Of a stretch of 64,000 bases of DNA, positions 62,181 to 64,000 are shown one piece after another. The DNA is from Phoronis australis (lineage: Eukaryota; Animalia; Phoronida): NCBI GenBank assembly GCA_002633005.1, contig NMRA01000213.1, forward strand, positions 361,485 to 425,484. The letters are read 5' to 3'. Under the pieces are notes generated by a model, which saw only the letters and a list, made by a program, of their open reading frames with translations, was not told the DNA's origin and did no database searches. Positions within the stretch are counted from its first letter, which is position 1. Every line of letters begins with the position of its first letter. The position numbers were made by a program, and so were the translations under genes.

Positions 62181-62389
62181 CGTTTAGAATAATGGGAGGT
62201 TGGACGGAAGTGCCTTGGAACGGTCCTTGCGTGCCGTGCGGTAACCGTAGTCGATCTACTCAGTGTGACAACCCAACGCCTGTGAATGGAGGCTATTGTA
62301 ACGACACGTCGTTGACGGCTACATGTACGTTTGAGGAGGACTACTGTTGGCCCCGGGACGGAGACTGTGGAATATTATGCAAACACTAG
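62181..62389 (+). CDS. Mosaic lectin exon 12: TSP1 repeat #3, probable last coding exon
   Basis: tttacag| acceptor, phase 1. GGWTEVPWNGPCVPCGNRSRSTQCDNPTPVNGGYC...EEDYCWP..CGILCKH-TAG. The TAG overlaps a GTAAGT donor. Confidence 0.85.
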
Positions 62390-64000
62390 TAAGTGGTCTT
62401 TGACTGCAGACTGCACGTCATAGTGGCGGGCCTAGAATGTTAGTGTTAGGCTCATCAATTTCTATAAATCAATCACGATAACTGTGGTGATCGACCAAAT
62501 TTGAATTGCTGTAGGATCAATGTGAACAACTCACCACTCGATCCGAGGGTCTTCTACGCCTAGGGTTCACTACTCCAAAAAGTTGATTTTCGGACTCGGG
62601 TGCAGTTCACTTCATATGCAAAAACACACGACATACTCTTGTTGCTAGACGCACTGGTACACCTACCCAAAAAAAAAACAACGCCTAGGGACGTATATGC
62701 TTTGTTTGGATGCCATGGGCATGCGAACCTGTGCTTCAAATGATGAAGTGGTAAGGGACCGGTCTATGAAGGTATGTTTGTGTATGACATTCGTAAAAAA
62801 GTCGGCCAAATGCATCATGGCTTGCAGTTCTGATAAGATTTTGCCTGCAGTGTGAGCGTTGCTGGAAAACCACACAACAACCACTCAGCGTTGAAGGAAC
62901 TGATATTGTCAGATTTGTTATTAGCATAAATGTCACCTTAAGAACGGCTTTTAAAGGAAAATAATCCACCCATATTTATTTTTTTTCTTGTCAATCTAGT
63001 TTTGATATCTGATCCGCAGATGGGGAAAACTAAAGAATCAAAAAATAACAAGTAACGTTTCCATAGTCATACATGTATACCTATAATTAACACGTAAGCG
63101 TCTTCAAATGAGAACAACATGTACATGTGCCCTCTTGATGTCGCAACCAATGCATGGGTGATTGCTTTGAGCCGGAAGCGCTTGAGTTCATGCTGCGTTA
63201 CAGTGTTGCACGTACATTCCAATAAACCGCAACGCGAGGCCTACCACGCATTCAATCGATGTCGATAGTGAAGTGGTTAGGAGCAACGTGTATGCAGGAA
63301 TGTTAGTGTGTGACTTTTGCAAACAATCCGGCAAACGTAACTTGCATACAAACAGCAAAAGTGATGAGATCTAGCCTGTTTGCGAGCATTGCCTGTAAAC
63401 AACACAGCGGCAACTTAAGCGTTGGAAATTGTCAGATTCATTGCTAGCATGGAAAATCAATTATGAATGGTCTTTAAACGGAAAAATTGATTCATTCGCA
63501 ATCAATGTTATGTCCTGTCAAGTAGGCCATTTTGTTTTGGTATTCTTCCGCAGACTCGATAGGTATGATTTGCGATGTTTGATCCTACTAAAACCAAACA
63601 AAAGAAATGAGGAAACAACCAAAATCATTTATTATAACTTTTCAACTCTCATGCTCATACAATTTAGATATAAGTGATTTCAACTGAGAGATAATTTGAT
63701 TATAATTCAATGGATGCGTGGGTGATAAATTTGAGCTAAGCGAGGTCTAAATCGATTTTTGTATGCTTGATAGTATGTTAATCGTAGATAGATAAGTTGA
63801 CCCCGGATTTCAGATTTCGCTCTCATGACCCTCCATAGTTATGATAATTACAGAGACCTAAGTTACAGAAACTCTTTCCAATTCATTTTAGATAAATCTC
63901 CCTCAGGTGTACATGTATTTAACCCAAGTTAATTGGCAGCTGATTCATACATTATGAGTACTCACTTGACTGTCGCAATACATAGGCGGATTTAGGGGGG

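Noticed and set aside
1-64000. Frequent TACATGTA palindromic octamer
   Set aside because: Dispersed without local structure. It looks like a genome-wide compositional feature rather than a locus-specific element.

Overview
AT-rich, intron-containing animal genomic DNA, probably from a marine invertebrate (frequent TACATGTA octamers, many MITEs). It holds two spliced + strand genes. The first is the last four coding exons of a GT7-family beta-1,4-galactosyl/GalNAc-transferase (131-4944). The second is a 12-exon gene (34946-62389) that I reconstructed from GT-AG boundaries and consistent intron phases. It encodes a secreted mosaic lectin of about 872 aa: SP-TSP1-SUEL-PAN-CTL-TSP1-WSC-PAN-CTL-TSP1. 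This looks like a duplicated [TSP1-X-PAN-CTL] cassette whose glycan-binding X slot was swapped (SUEL vs WSC). Between the genes and inside introns lie decayed, partly nested transposons. These include two inverted THAP+YqaJ (ISL2EU-like) elements, one interrupted by a 5'-truncated Tx1/L1-clade LINE with a 9-bp TSD. There are also three Academ-like relics, a Sola3-like relic split by a CCC..GGG element, a Tc1/mariner relic, Penelope-type fragments with hammerhead-like cores, LINE 3' fragments, MITEs and microsatellites. A ~1.7-2.1 kb tandem duplication joined at a single N is probably an assembly (haplotype) artefact. All family assignments come from motif recognition by eye, without database searches.
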